Notes: a model not told the origin generated them from the letters alone. 63,532 bases of DNA, filler included, from Octopus bimaculoides (GCF_001194135.2; 6 parts of 6 records of this genome joined end to end with filler, not necessarily neighbours in it); one strand, 5' to 3'; positions 24,950 to 38,330 are shown, numbered from the whole stretch's first letter. Program-made: numbers and translations.

Positions 24950-26010
24950 TATTATTATCATTATTCCTTCGTAACACAGTCCAGGTAAAAATACACAGGA
25001 GTCTTTAGTCATCTGTCAAGTCACAAGAAGGACCCCAGACAGATAATACTTTCCTTGAGATGTGCGCTGTGCCCAATAAAGCTGCTTTTTGCAAAACATC
25101 AATCTTGCATGGGCTTTCCAGTTGCCTTAAGAACTCCGATCACCACTGGTATCACTTTTACATTATTCCCTCGCATTCCATGCAGTCTTGCCGTTTCCAC
25201 TTTGAATTCGGAGTACTTGGTGATTTCTTTCAACCTCTTTACTCACAACATTCATGTCATTAGGTATGGCTACATCAATGATCTGACAGTACTTGTCTCT
25301 CTTATTTACGATGACAATATCCGGCCGACGGTGTTCGATTACACGATCCGTCTGAAAATCATAGTCTCTGAGTATCGTTACTTTTCCATCCTCCTGCATA
25401 ACTTTACTTGGTACATGCTCATACCAGTTCTCTGTTACTTCATATTGGTACTTACCGCATAAGAGCCAATGAAGATACACATACACTTCATTGTGACGGC
25501 GCTTGTATTCTTTTCGTGCAAGGCTCTCACATCCCCTAACTAAGTGGGTCACATTATCCACACTCTTTCCACAGAGTCTGCATTTCTGTGTGTCAGAAGT
25601 CTTATAAATGCATTGGTTGCGAGAGCCTGGTCTTGTGCAGCAATGAACAGGCTTTCAGTAGAACGCTTCAAATCACTTCGCTCAAGCCATGCCCACACGA
25701 TGCTGTATTATCCTTAACGTCTTGTGTATTCCTTTCAAACTGTCCATGCATTCTCATTTCAAGAAGGTCTTCTTTTCTCCTCAGCTCTTTCGTTAAACTT
25801 TCCTTTGCCCATAATTTGATCTGCATTTACACCCACATCTTTCGCGGCATATTGCAGCAGGTCTTCGTCACTATTTATCAAATACTCGGCAAGCGTTCTC
25901 CCTTCACCCCTTATACAATGGTCTATACTAATTAGTCCTCTGCCACCATTCTTTCTTTTCATGTACAGTCTGTTTACGTTTGTTTTAGAGTGTAACACAG
26001 ACGTTTAAAT
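24950..26010 (-). mobile_element. R4/Dong-type non-LTR retrotransposon, 5'-truncated (copy A)
   Basis: RLYMKRKNGGRGLISIDHCI, THLVRGCESLARKEYKRRHN, WYEHVP, FQTDRVIEHRRPDIVIVNK...IIDVAIP (PD..D endonuclease), VIPVVIG, and a (TAA)n-like tail at ~24945-24965. Confidence 0.9.
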
Positions 26011-26014
26011 GAAT

Positions 26015-26740
26015 CGGGTTTTTCTAATGGACTTCTCTGAGACATGGTTCTCCTGGGATCTTTTGGATTTCTCTCAGACATAGTTCTCCTGGAACTTTTA
26101 TTATCTAGATGTTTATGACACCCCATTCTTATCATACCTCGGGCACCTACAACAACAAGAACAATCCTCGCCGTAAGATGTCACAACTTCTGTATTTCAG
26201 TTTCCAGCTCCTCATATTTATTTAACTTGTCAAATTCCTTGACAGGTATATTTTTATCAGTGGGAACACTTACATATATTAGTCTACAGGTATTTTCTTC
26301 CCTGTCTTTAATAATACTGTCTAGTCGATGAGCCTAAACCGTTCTGTCAGTGTTGACTGGAAAATCTCCGAAGGACAGTGACATTTTTATCTTCAACCAC
26401 TGGCTCCGGATGATGTTCATACCTGTAAGCAGGAGTCCTGATTTTGTAGTGTTTACATATTTTTCAATGTAAATACTGTGCTACCCTATCGTGGCGATTT
26501 TCATATTCGTTTGGTGTCAGAACAGGACATCCCGAGACGACTGGTTTATTGTTTCGTAAAATGTGTCGCAGAATCTGCATTTAGGGTCACAAGTGTTCTG
26601 AAGAACGGTAGCCTGGTAGTTTTTCGTAAGCAAGCTTTGATCTTGTGCCACGAATATGAAACTTCCAGTCTCTGCTTTCAGTCCTGAACTTCTCAGCCAC
26701 TGATGTGTTATTGCTTGCTTTATATATAAAACCAAATTCT
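26015..26740 (-). mobile_element. Second, distinct R4/Dong-type fragment (copy B) abutting copy A
   Basis: WLRSSGLKAETGSFIFVAQDQSLLTKNYQ...DPKCRFC, then YEHHPEPVVEDKNVTVL, VSVPTDKNIPVKEFDKLNKYEELETEI and VVVGA, with frameshifts. Confidence 0.9.
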
Positions 26741-26951
26741 ACTAAATTCACTCACAAGGTGTCAGCCAGTTGGGAGCTATAGAACACACTGTCTCAAAGT
26801 GCCACTTAGGTGAACCGAACCCCAAACCACGTGGTTATAAAGTAAACTTATTAACGTTTTAATCATCCTTACCTCTATACGCATCATGGCAACAATTGTT
26901 TAATATTTTGTTGTTTTTTTCTTCTTTTTTTTTGGCTTTCTTATCTTGCAG

Positions 26952-27092
26952 TTGCCGCTCTGACATGTTACCAGTGTTCCAACACAGAAGAGAAGGCCTG
27001 CGGGGGTAATTTTCAGTCGTATTTATTCGATGGAATACAATGCGACCCAACGGTCAAGAAGTGCGCTCTACAGAAGAACCCACCTCTCAAAA
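26952..27092 (+). CDS. Internal exon of a three-finger Ly6/uPAR (Quiver/Sleepless-like) protein, nested antisense in the HS3ST intron
   Basis: Long polypyrimidine tract ending ...ttggctttcttatcttgcag (AG 26950-26951) and donor aaa|gtaagt (GT 27093-27094). The exon is 141 bp, phase 1 at both ends, with no stop: (x)AALTCYQCSNTEEKACGGNFQSYLFDGIQCDPTVKKCALQKNPPLK. LTCYQC right after a likely signal-peptide cleavage site (AA|L), followed by three more spaced Cys, is the N-terminal half of the LU/three-finger fold. Confidence 0.8.
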
Positions 27093-27128
27093 GTAAGTTG
27101 ATGCTCACAGGCGCGCGCACATACACAT

Positions 27129-27170
<42 letters not shown>

Positions 27171-27288
27171 AGAGAGGGAGAGAGAGAGAGAGAGAAAGAG
27201 AGGAAGAGAGAGACAGAGAAGAGAGAAAGAGAAAGTACACTTACAAACGCATTTGCATGTCTTAATCCTGTCATTAAACGCTCTGCTA

Positions 27289-27289
<1 letters not shown>

Positions 27290-27351
<62 letters not shown>

Positions 27352-27522
27352 AAATAATAATAATGATAATAATAATGATGATAACAGCAACAACAATAAA
27401 AATAATATCTTCAATCAATAACCTCACGATATTGTATACTATGCGACGGATATAATAATAATAATAATAATGATAATAATAATAATAATAATAATAATAA
27501 NNNNNNNNNNATAATAATAATG

Positions 27523-27569
<47 letters not shown>

Positions 27570-27576
27570 AATAATG

Positions 27577-27605
<29 letters not shown>
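27290..27605. repeat. (TAC)n and (TAA)n microsatellites
   Basis: Seen directly in the sequence. Confidence 0.95.
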
Positions 27606-27607
<2 letters not shown>

Positions 27608-27609
27608 AA

Positions 27610-27995
27610 TGTCTTCGCCTACAACTGTTGTTGGCACTTCCGTCGCTTACGACGTCGAGGGCTCCAGTTGATCCGATCAACGGAACAGCCTGCTCGTGAA
27701 ATTAACGTGCAAGTGGCTGAGCACTCCACAGACACGTGTACCCTTAACGTAGTTCTCGGGGATATTCAGCGTGACACAGTGTGACAAGGCTGACCCTTTG
27801 AATTACAGGCACAACAGAAACAGGAAGTAAGAGTGAGAGAAAGATGTGGTGAAAGAGTACAGCAGGGTTCGCCACCATCCCCTGCCGGAGCCTCGTGGAG
27901 CTTAATAAACACTCACAACGCCCGGTCTGGGAATCGAAACCGCGATCCTATGACCGCGAGTCCGCTGCCCTATCCACTGGGCCATTGCGCCTCCA
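27610..27995 (-). mobile_element. tRNA-Arg-derived SINE (third family) with (TTA)n tail
   Basis: Minus head tggaggcgcaatggcccagtggatagggcagcggactcgcggtcataggatcgcggtttcgattccc: A box, TCG anticodon loop, B box. Tail at 27450-27605. Confidence 0.85.
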
Positions 27996-29126
27996 AGGGG
28001 GTCTACAACTATGCATGTACCAATTAACAAGAAATAATAATTATGCTGAGGGAATTATGTTTACAGATAATAGACTGACAGAGAGAAAAATTAACTGAGA
28101 CACGCCAGCGTTTCCTGTAAGAATCAGAAAGAATTTACTGAAAGAAAACCCAGTCGTTTTTCACAAGAAATTCAGCAGCTTAGAAAAACAAAATCACAGA
28201 ATTATAATTAACTTAATGAATTTTAGTGACTCTGTCCCTTAGTGACTGGGCTTTAGTTCTGGTTACTTATTACACTAATTACCTTTTGATTACAAAACTA
28301 AAAACCCCCAAAACACCAAAAGCATAGCATAAAGAGCTGAACAAATCAACATCAACAACAATATTACAAAATAAACGAAACACCAGCGAATAAAGACAAA
28401 AGCTTTAAGATTGAAATCACTGAAAAAGAACTGATATAAATAAATCCGGTCGTTTTTTTTACGTGAACCGAAGAAGTTTAGAGAGAAATTTGTGAAAGTA
28501 CAATTAACTTAAGTCTATTTTAATGAACATATTCCTCGGTGGTTAGATTAAGTCTTTGTTACTTAGATTATTAAGCTAATTACCTTTAATTAAAACATTT
28601 AATATCTCTCTCTCTCTGTTTCTCCCTGTCTCAGTTTCTCTCTGTCTCTCTGTCTCTCTCTCTTTCTGTCTCTGTGTGTGTGTCTCTCTCTCTGTCTCTC
28701 TCTGTCTCTCTCTGTCTCTCTCTGTCTCTGTCTCTGTCTCTGTGTGTGTGTCTCTCTCTCCTTTCACTCAGTTACGGTTCTTCAATTTATTTCTGTCGAA
28801 GACTTTGTCTCTTACTCCCTTGTGATTCGCACACACACACACACACATACTCACACACACCTTCCACTATCTCTATCTTTCTACCTGTACCTATCTATCT
28901 ATCTATCTATCTATCTANNNNNNNNNNNNNNNNNNNNNNNNNNNNNNNNNNNNNNNNNNNNTTAATTAATTAANNNNNNNNNNNNNNNNNNNNNNNNNNN
29001 NNNNNNNNNNNNNNNNNTCGGAATTTTACTTTCTTATTTTTCCCCTTTTTATCATTATCGAACAGAAAAGCTCTACATTTGTATTTGTCTCCTCTGTGTT
29101 CAGCCCTGTGTGGCTAAGAAAGAAAG

Positions 29127-29194
<68 letters not shown>

Positions 29195-29407
29195 TTACCT
29201 GTCTATCTAACTGACTTAAGTACTCTCGTCCTTCCTAGTCTCTGTAACAACCTATCTGTCTTTCCTAAAGTTAATACGGCTTTTATTTGCTCAAGCCTTC
29301 TAGTTCTCTATTAACTTACCTACAATGACGCTCACTGTTTTCTGCTTCACTAAATATATTTCTCAGCTTCCGTCTGTCTCTGTCTGTCTCTCTGTCTTTG
29401 TCTCTCT

Positions 29408-29448
<41 letters not shown>

Positions 29449-30234
29449 ATCTCCGTTTCTTTCAGTATATCTCTATCTGCAATATTTTTATTGCTTGATC
29501 TTATGCATGCTACTCTTTCAATGTTCCCAATTCTTTCTCATACAGCATGCAAAATCCCTGCCACATTCCGCATATAGTTTTCACTACTTTGTGACGTATC
29601 ACCAAAACAAATGATGCTTAATATATTTTTCAGTGATTCATCCATCTGGTCAAATCATAGTGTCCACAGGTGGCCTTGACAGATGGACGATGATGGCTAG
29701 TTAATAACCGTCCAAGCAAGACATCACACAACGTCAGAGGCAGAGGCTGACGAAACAATTGACTAGAATCATGATCGAATACAATGAAAAATAGCAATAC
29801 TTTTATATGAGCAATTCCTTTCATAAATGCACTACATAACATGTGTGAGCGTGTGAATTTGTGTGTCTCTGAGTGTGAGGGTATGCGCGTATGAACTAAC
29901 AGAAAGGAACAAAAACAAACAGTAAAAGAATTGAAATGAATACCCGATGCTGCATAATTACAAATGGTTGACTCGTTTTGTAAGAAATGGAAAGAACAAT
30001 GGGCCAAGATCTTCTCTGACTAATTAACTTCAGTGAATTTATTTTTTAAATATGCTAATTTTTTACGCGTCTTATCTGTACAATATTGTGGTCATCTTAT
30101 CAACTCGTTGGTTCGCTTGGTTGAAGAGGCTTAATAAAGCTTCAGCATATCCGGAGGCCTTGTTCTCTTCGAAAAATTGCGATTATATTAGTAGTTGTCT
30201 TTTCTTTATCACGTTAGTATTGCCCACATCTTAA

Positions 30235-30455
30235 ATATATTGGTTTCAAACTTTGGCACAAGGCTACAAATTTCGAAGGATGGGATAAGCCGATTATATC
30301 GACGCAAGAGCTCAACTTGTACTTATTTTATCTATTCCGAAGGATGACAGGCAAAGTCGACCTCGGCGGAATTTGAACTCAGAACCTAAAGATGAACGAA
30401 ATGTAGCCAAGCATTCTGGCCAGCATGCTAATGATTCTGCCATTTCGACACCGTA
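30235..30455 (-). mobile_element. SINE family A
   Basis: ggcaaagtcgacctcggcggaatttgaactcagaac...atgattctgcc on plus. Confidence 0.8.
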
Positions 30456-31735
30456 CCCTTAAATGGATTAACACTTAACTCACTAGAAATTAATAGTCAA
30501 GGAGTCTCTTTCTTTATGAATTCTTGTAATTACTACACTACTAAGTGTGAATGGTCTCGTAAGGATATTACTATAGGAACTATTACGTCACGATCTCATA
30601 TTCAAAGTAGTCATCTTGCCTGTGTTTCTATTCAGCATCTCATTTCACCTTCATATACCAGGAATAGGTTACCATCCTGGTAGTCTGCGAGCGTAGAAAT
30701 TTATCATTCTCACTTTGAGAAAGCAACCAGAAACATAATTTAAACATGGCTGTTTGGTTAAACTTTTTACTTTGAAACTAAATACTTCCGAGCTTAATCT
30801 TACTAAGTTGTAACAGGTTGGACCGTACCATTTAAGTGAAATTTAAGTGACAGAAGCTATGTGGACATTTCTTACGTAATAATAGACTAAATCTGTCGCT
30901 CTGCTTAGCAAGTATTGCTTATTCACTGGGTACCTTTAGTGCGATTTGTTGTAAGTCTTTTGTCCCTCAACTTTCCATCAATCAGCTTCGTTAAACATGA
31001 TAGTGTTTACACATCTTCATTCTGTACGTAAGTATTTTCCGTGTTATTGTTCATTGTGCAGTTTCCGTCCAAGTCGTTTTTGCTTTACATCCGTTCGGGT
31101 CGGGATGGATGAAATAACTAGTAGACCACCTCCTTCAAAATGTCAGACTTGCGCCTATAGTAGAATTATTTATCGCTCAGTACACATAAGTTCTTTTGTC
31201 ACTGTCTTTCTTGAATTACCGGCATAAAACAAATGCCACTGTCTTCTCTATTTTTTTCCTTTCATGTTCTATTTTTGTGCAATAGTCATAAGATCAAAAC
31301 CAGGACTATACCATCCAACCAATTGGACTTATTTATTCAAAATATATCTGACTTGCTTATTAAACATATATATTATGTTCCATTTTTTTTTAAATACAAA
31401 AATCAGAAGCGGAAAACTTAGAGAAATCTTTTGTGAAGTCTCAAATGTGAAGTTTCAAATACAACACACTTTTTCCAGTTAAGTGTCCTCTTTCCCGTTT
31501 TTGTTTATACTCGAGTATTTACACACACACATACACACACACACTCATGCAGAGACATATAAATGCGCGCGCACACATACATATATACACATGCATACAT
31601 ATATACATGCATACATACATGCACAAACCCCCCACACATATGTGTTTACATTGAGTAAGTGCGTAAACACTTGAGTGGCCTCTTAACATTTAAAGGAGAA
31701 TGCTTTATATTTTTGTATATTCAACATTGCAAGTA

Positions 31736-31761
31736 TCTATATATATAAAAATGAGAATGTG

Positions 31762-31792
<31 letters not shown>

Positions 31793-33182
31793 GTGAATCC
31801 CTAAAACTCGAGAACTACGCAACCAATTTCATTCAAATTTTTACACATGCCTTACTTAGGGTTCCAGTTGTGTTTTAGTCAAAAAAAATTTTGACTTCTT
31901 GCAGAGTTCGAGCCCACGGCAACATAATATCTCTTCCACTATTTAAGTATTACGTGTCAAAAGTGAAACAAAAACACTCATGTCAAATACTTTCACTTTA
32001 AAAATGAAACTATTCTACTAACTGAAACAATCACATTTTGATACTGTAATGACAGATACTTNNNNNNNNNNNNNNNNNNNNNNNNNNNNNNNNNNNNNNN
32101 NNNNNNNNNNNNNNNNNNNNNNNNNNNNNNNNNNNNNNNNNNNNNNNNNNNNNNNNNNNNNNNNNNNNNNNNNNNNNNNNNNNNNNNNNNNNNNNNNNNN
32201 NNNNNNNNNNNNNNNNNNNNNNNNNNNNNNNNNNNNNNNNNNNNNNNNNNNNNNNNNNNNNNNNNNNNNNNNNNNNNNNNNNNNNNNNNNNNNNNNNNNN
32301 NNNNNNNNNNNNNNNNNNNNNNNNNNNNNNNNNNNNNNNNNNNNNNNNNNNNNNNNNNNNNNNNNNNNNNNNNNNNNNNNNNNNNNNNNNNNNNNNNNNN
32401 NNNNNNNNNNNNNNNNNNNNNNNNNNNNNNNNNNNNNNNNNNNNNNNNNNNNNNNNNNNNNNNNNNNNNNNNNNNNNNNNNNNNNNNNNNNNNNNNNNNN
32501 NNNNNNNNNNNNNNNNNNNNNNNNNNNNNNNNNNNNNNNNNNNNNNNNNNNNNNNNNNNNNNNNNNNNNNNNNNNNNNNNNNNNNNNNNNNNNNNNNNNN
32601 NNNNNNNNNNNNNNNNNNNNNNNNNNNNNNNNNNNNNNNNNNNNNNNNNNNNNNNNNNNNNNNNNNNNNNNNNNNNNNNNNNNNNNNNNNNNNNNNNNNN
32701 NNNNNNNNNNNNNNNNNNNNNNNNNNNNNNNNNNNNNNNNNNNNNNNNNNNNNNNNNNNNNNNNNNNNNNNNNNNNNNNNNNNNNNNNNNNNNNNNNTAA
32801 GACTACCCTTTCAGATATACTTACATTGTGATTTCTGCAATGTGGTGCATAAATTGTCAAGTAAATGAGACGCATCTTTGCCTCTACTGATTCACTTGCA
32901 AAGTGTTGAGTAAAATTATTTCGTTGCAGACCTCCTTTGGGTCTTTTTATTATCACTGCGACACACATAATCCCCAGTTGGTAACATTGATTTCAAGGCC
33001 CTCCTAGATGAGAGACTGGCATTCCACTTAATGTCTATGTTCCATTCTGGCATGGATTGGAGAGTTATTAATGTAGAAATATGGTATCGTAGCTACTAAC
33101 AGTTGAGGGTTGCGTAGTCTAGACGGCGTTTTTAGATTTCATTATTCTCTTTAACCCGGGTAAAGCCGGGTATTTCTGCTAG
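31736..33182 (+). mobile_element. Complete non-autonomous Helitron (spans a 735-nt gap)
   Basis: Starts a|TC tatatatataaaa with (CTGT)n. Ends with a perfect hairpin acccgg-gtaaag-ccgggt (33154-33171), 7 nt, then CTAG|t. Inserted in an AT dinucleotide with no target-site duplication. Confidence 0.8.
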
Positions 33183-33409
33183 TAAACTATAAAAAATTGA
33201 TGGATTCTGGCTTTATTCAATTGTCCAGTGTTGACAAGTGTTTGCGGAATACTCTGCCACATTGTATATTAATTCAATGAGTAGGCTTTCAGTTGAGAGA
33301 ACAACTTGGCGGCCAAGAAGTGTCGTCAATTGGGAGTCCATTGCACATACATATACATACTTACATGCACAAACACACAAACACACACACATACACACAC
33401 TTATACACA

Positions 33410-33452
<43 letters not shown>

Positions 33453-34164
33453 CTATGTGCATGTGCTTGTATGTATCTGTGTATCAATCGATTCCTCTAT
33501 TTATCCTTTGGAGAAATGTAGGCAGAAATTTGATTGATAGATTTATAGATAGATAAATAGATAGATAAATAGGTAGGTAAATACATAACTAGACCGATTG
33601 ATTGATTGAGAGGGTATATTAATCTAAATGGTTAGTGAGGCAATAAATAAAAATGAATGGTCAGTTGCCTTTTTAACTGATTGGCTAATGAAATATTTGT
33701 CGTGAGTTCGACTTCATCCTGCTGACATTTTGAATGGTGTAGTCGATCTGTTAGGAGTACTTAATACTTTGAATGCCTTGCTCTAATGCTGACACTATGC
33801 TAGCAATTGCTCCCACTATTATTTGTTCAAGAGGAAATGAACCGATAGCACATCATATTATATGTGCACGAAACGTTATAACACCTCACTTGACAACTAA
33901 AGCTACACTGAGAGTGCTTAGAGGGGATTCCTCTGCATTAAGCATTATTAAAAAATAACGATTTCATGCCAGTATCATCATTTATATGAGTCGCTTATAT
34001 CGATAGTTTGACTCCTAATTGCTTAGCCTTGTCAATCAATCTTTTATTTTATTTCATAACGTTTTGGCTATTGTTTTGTAAAAAGAAGAGATGTGGGTCT
34101 GTGTAATAGGGAGATTGATCGCCATGTTGTGCCTTTTCGAAATTGTTGATTTTGTAAAGCTGTT

Positions 34165-34302
34165 ATTGTTGTTGCTCTTCTTGCTGTCGTCGTCGTTGTT
34201 GTTATAGTTGCTATTGTTTGTAGTAATGGTGGTGGTGGTGGTGGTGTGGAGGCGGAGGCAGCGGAGGCGGCGGAGGCGGCAGCAGCAGCAGCAGTAGTGG
34301 TG

Positions 34303-34338
<36 letters not shown>

Positions 34339-34473
34339 GTACGGAAACTAAACCTTGTCATTGCGGTTTGTTGCCGATTGAATATTGAAAGGACATCGGG
34401 ATGATGTATCTATTAAATTGAGAAGCGAGTTACATAAGGTCATGCAGATTCCCCACATACTCATTCACATACA

Positions 34474-34515
<42 letters not shown>

Positions 34516-34645
34516 TAAATAGATAGATAGATAGATAGATAGATACATACATACATACATACATACATACATGCCCACGTACATACATACATGCATACAT
34601 ACATACATACATACATACATACATACATACATACATACATACGTG
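34165..34645. repeat. Cluster of (GGT)/(GGC)/(GCA)/(GTA), (CA)n, (GATA)n and (TACA)n repeats
   Basis: Seen directly in the sequence. Confidence 0.9.
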
Positions 34646-36182
34646 CATGCATAGATGAAAAAACAAAGTTTGGATAAAATAATACAAAAAAAGAAAATGG
34701 AAGGCGTAAACCTGATGGAACCCAATTAAAGCTATGTTAAAAGTAATTTGCAATATGACAAATCATGTTGTTCGGGATGTATTTATTGCTAATATATGAA
34801 ATATATATGAATGATAGACAAGTTCCAGACAGGAGGATTGTGGATAAGATCATGTATTTCATAGCTACACTGTCCTGCGTTCACATTGCGCTATATGCAA
34901 CTAAATAGTGATTTAGACAAAACATTAAGGTACCGTTGGATGCATTTCATGTTGGGTCGCATTTCTACCCTCACAAAAGGTATAGAAGTCAGTTTTACAC
35001 TTACTAAACTAACTTAATTACAATTACAGCACTGAAATTTTAGGACACTTTTAAGCTATAAGAGTGGACCATTTTTGAGAAACTGAAAATTTTCTGATTG
35101 TTGATTAGTCAGGCATGTTTTAATTGAACAAATACTAGCGTTTATGCTGCAATGACAGTGTTGAAAGTCAACCAGCGAAAGCAAAAATTCCAGAGAAGGT
35201 ACAACTGGGTGTGGTTTAAAATGGTTCAAATACCGATGATTAATGAAGTAAAAGCATGAAACTGTGAATAAATAACAAACAAACTATTTATACTCAAACT
35301 GGTGGTGTTCTAGCATGGCCGCAGACTTTTGGCTGACACATGCGAAATGAAGTCAAATATAATAAAAAACAAATAAGCGATTCAAACTAACGAAATGCGT
35401 CAATATACTATGAAGCAGGGTCTACTTGTCTGGCTGTTAAGCTCTCATCAAAGTACTTCTTCGTCTCTCATACAGCACTTTCATTTCTTTTCCAATTGGG
35501 GAATTCAGTAGGAGAGTTAGAAGACGGTTGCTTCTGATAGGATCTTCTAGGAATCTACAACTAATGGCTGGTGAAAACGGATGGTTGGATATTTGTAATA
35601 CATCATATGATATATTAGAAATACTCCTATCTATGCTTCCTACAATAATTCACGGTTAAACTGAATTAAATTGATTGTTCTATTATGTCCGGGTTCCAAA
35701 CCGGGCTGCAAAAACAAAGTACACCCGCCATACTTCTCGGTCCAGCCTCACAGTCTCGTGGTTCTAGATAATTAAACCGAAAGCATCTTAAATGTATATA
35801 TACCTTGCGAGTTACTTGCATTACCTTTGTCCTATTTCACTTTCTAAAATATAGATTTATTTCTCTGTAGTTGATACATATGTATGCACGAACTAAATAT
35901 AATGATGAAATTACATAGCAAAAGAGACAAACGTCTGAACATCTACCTACCATATCGATGAAGTATTTCCCCAATTTACATCTTGAAGATTAGACTGTTT
36001 CAGACGACAATAGGTCGAGAGTCAATATAAATTCTAATTAATTGAAGTTTTAATGCTAATGAGAAAAAAAGTCGTTAGGATTAGAATCTTTTTTAATTAA
36101 AATCATTCCAGGCTCAAGAACTCACGGACATGTATGAGCGCCTGTGTGTGTGCTTCTAGAATTGTATACATGTATGTTTATA

Positions 36183-36221
<39 letters not shown>

Positions 36222-36286
36222 CATACATATATATGCAATTTAACACATACACATACACACACACGCATGTATATATATATATATGC

Positions 36287-36323
<37 letters not shown>

Positions 36324-36794
36324 CATACACGTACATATATCATGAATTATATACGTGCATGCAGGAATGTATGCATGCATATGTATACATCTTTAATTCG
36401 CTTAGAGACAACCAATAAATGGAGGGAGACAGAGGAGAGAGACTATAGGAAATATACACATCGTAGTCGAGAAATATATAGAAAACTAGAGAGCGATAAG
36501 ATAGATGACAATGAAAGCAAAAGGGAAACAGACGATCAAACAGAGCTGAAATATTAAGTCAATAATATAGAAATATAAAACAGAGTAACTACGATAACAT
36601 GGTAAAACACGATAACTTTATTATATATTTCATTTACATTTTCAAATTTTTATTTGAATATTTATTTATCAAATAATTAAAATCCGGTAGGACATTCGAT
36701 TGATAATCACGAATGCGAAACGTATTTTATTCAAAGATAAGCTTCTCAATGTGATTTTGAATAGGCTTTTTTTTAAAGAAGTTTTATTTTATTC

Positions 36795-36898
<104 letters not shown>

Positions 36899-37097
36899 TC
36901 ATTTCAGTAATTATGTGTTCAAATTTATTTATTTTTCAATGTGGAGAGATGCGTTTGGAGGTTTATGTATATGAAAGTATTAAGTATTAAGTTTGATATT
37001 TTTTCCCTGTTATTGTTAAGAAATATGCGTGTATACTTGTGAGAGTGAATACATATACATACAAACTTATATACGCATGCACTCACACAAACACAAA

Positions 37098-37145
<48 letters not shown>

Positions 37146-37150
37146 CTCTA

Positions 37151-37233
<83 letters not shown>

Positions 37234-37336
37234 GAAACACTCAAAACACACATACAAACACATACATGTATATATATGTAAACAAGCACACAGGCGTATA
37301 TGAATATCAATTCATATCTGTACATGTACATATATA

Positions 37337-37380
<44 letters not shown>

Positions 37381-37721
37381 AATATATTACACATTCATAT
37401 AAATACGTTATTTTAGTATGTGTGTACTTCTATGCGCTTATTGTCTGTGCGTGGGTGTTTGTGTGTGTGCGCGCGCGACTGTGTATTATAAAATAGGAAC
37501 GGATTCCTAGCAATAACGTTTCTCCATCAATAAACAGATAACCGATTTTTTTACATTTCCAGTAGATGTTAGTACAGTATACATGCATGTATGCAAACGA
37601 CTGCACCTTTATGCGTGAGGCGTTACATGTTTTGAAGGTATATGCGTTTGTGAGATCAGCATTTTGCATACAGAATTTCATTGGCAAGAATATACATTAC
37701 ATGTCAAATTTATATACGTAC

Positions 37722-38110
37722 ATACGCAGGCGTAGCTGTGTGTTAAGAAGTTTGTTTCCCGACAACATGGTTCCAGGTTCGGTCCAACTGCGTAGCAGCT
37801 TCGGCAGATGTCCTCTACTATAGCCTCGAGCTGACCAAAGCCATGTGAGTGGATCTTCTAGAATGAAGCTAATCGAATATGTGTCTGTGTATGTATGTGT
37901 GTGTCTGCGTGTGTATCTTTGTGTCTGTGTTTATCTGCACCATCACTTGGTAACCAGTGTTGGGGAGTTTACGCCCACGTAACGTAGCGGTTCGGCTAAA
38001 GAGACTGATGGCATAAATAGCAGACTTAAAAATAAGATGAGATCGACTAAAATTCTTTAAGGCGGTGCTACAGAATGGTTGCAGTCTACTGGTTGAAACA
38101 AGTACAAGAA
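37722..38110 (+). mobile_element. SINE family B (diverged)
   Basis: gcaggcgtagctgtgtgttaagaag...ggttccaggttcggtccaactgcg...ggcggtgctacagaatggttgcagtc. Confidence 0.8.
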
Positions 38111-38230
38111 AATATGCTCCCAAAGCACCTAGACCCGCATACATACACACATACAGATATATGTGTATGTGTACGTCCATCTGTGTCTCTATCAGTATGT
38201 GTGTGAGTGTGTGTATAAATACGTAATACT

Positions 38231-38330
<100 letters not shown>

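Noticed and set aside
27920-27995. tRNA-Arg gene
   Set aside because: It is the tRNA-like head of a SINE, with SINE body and tail attached and no proper acceptor stem.
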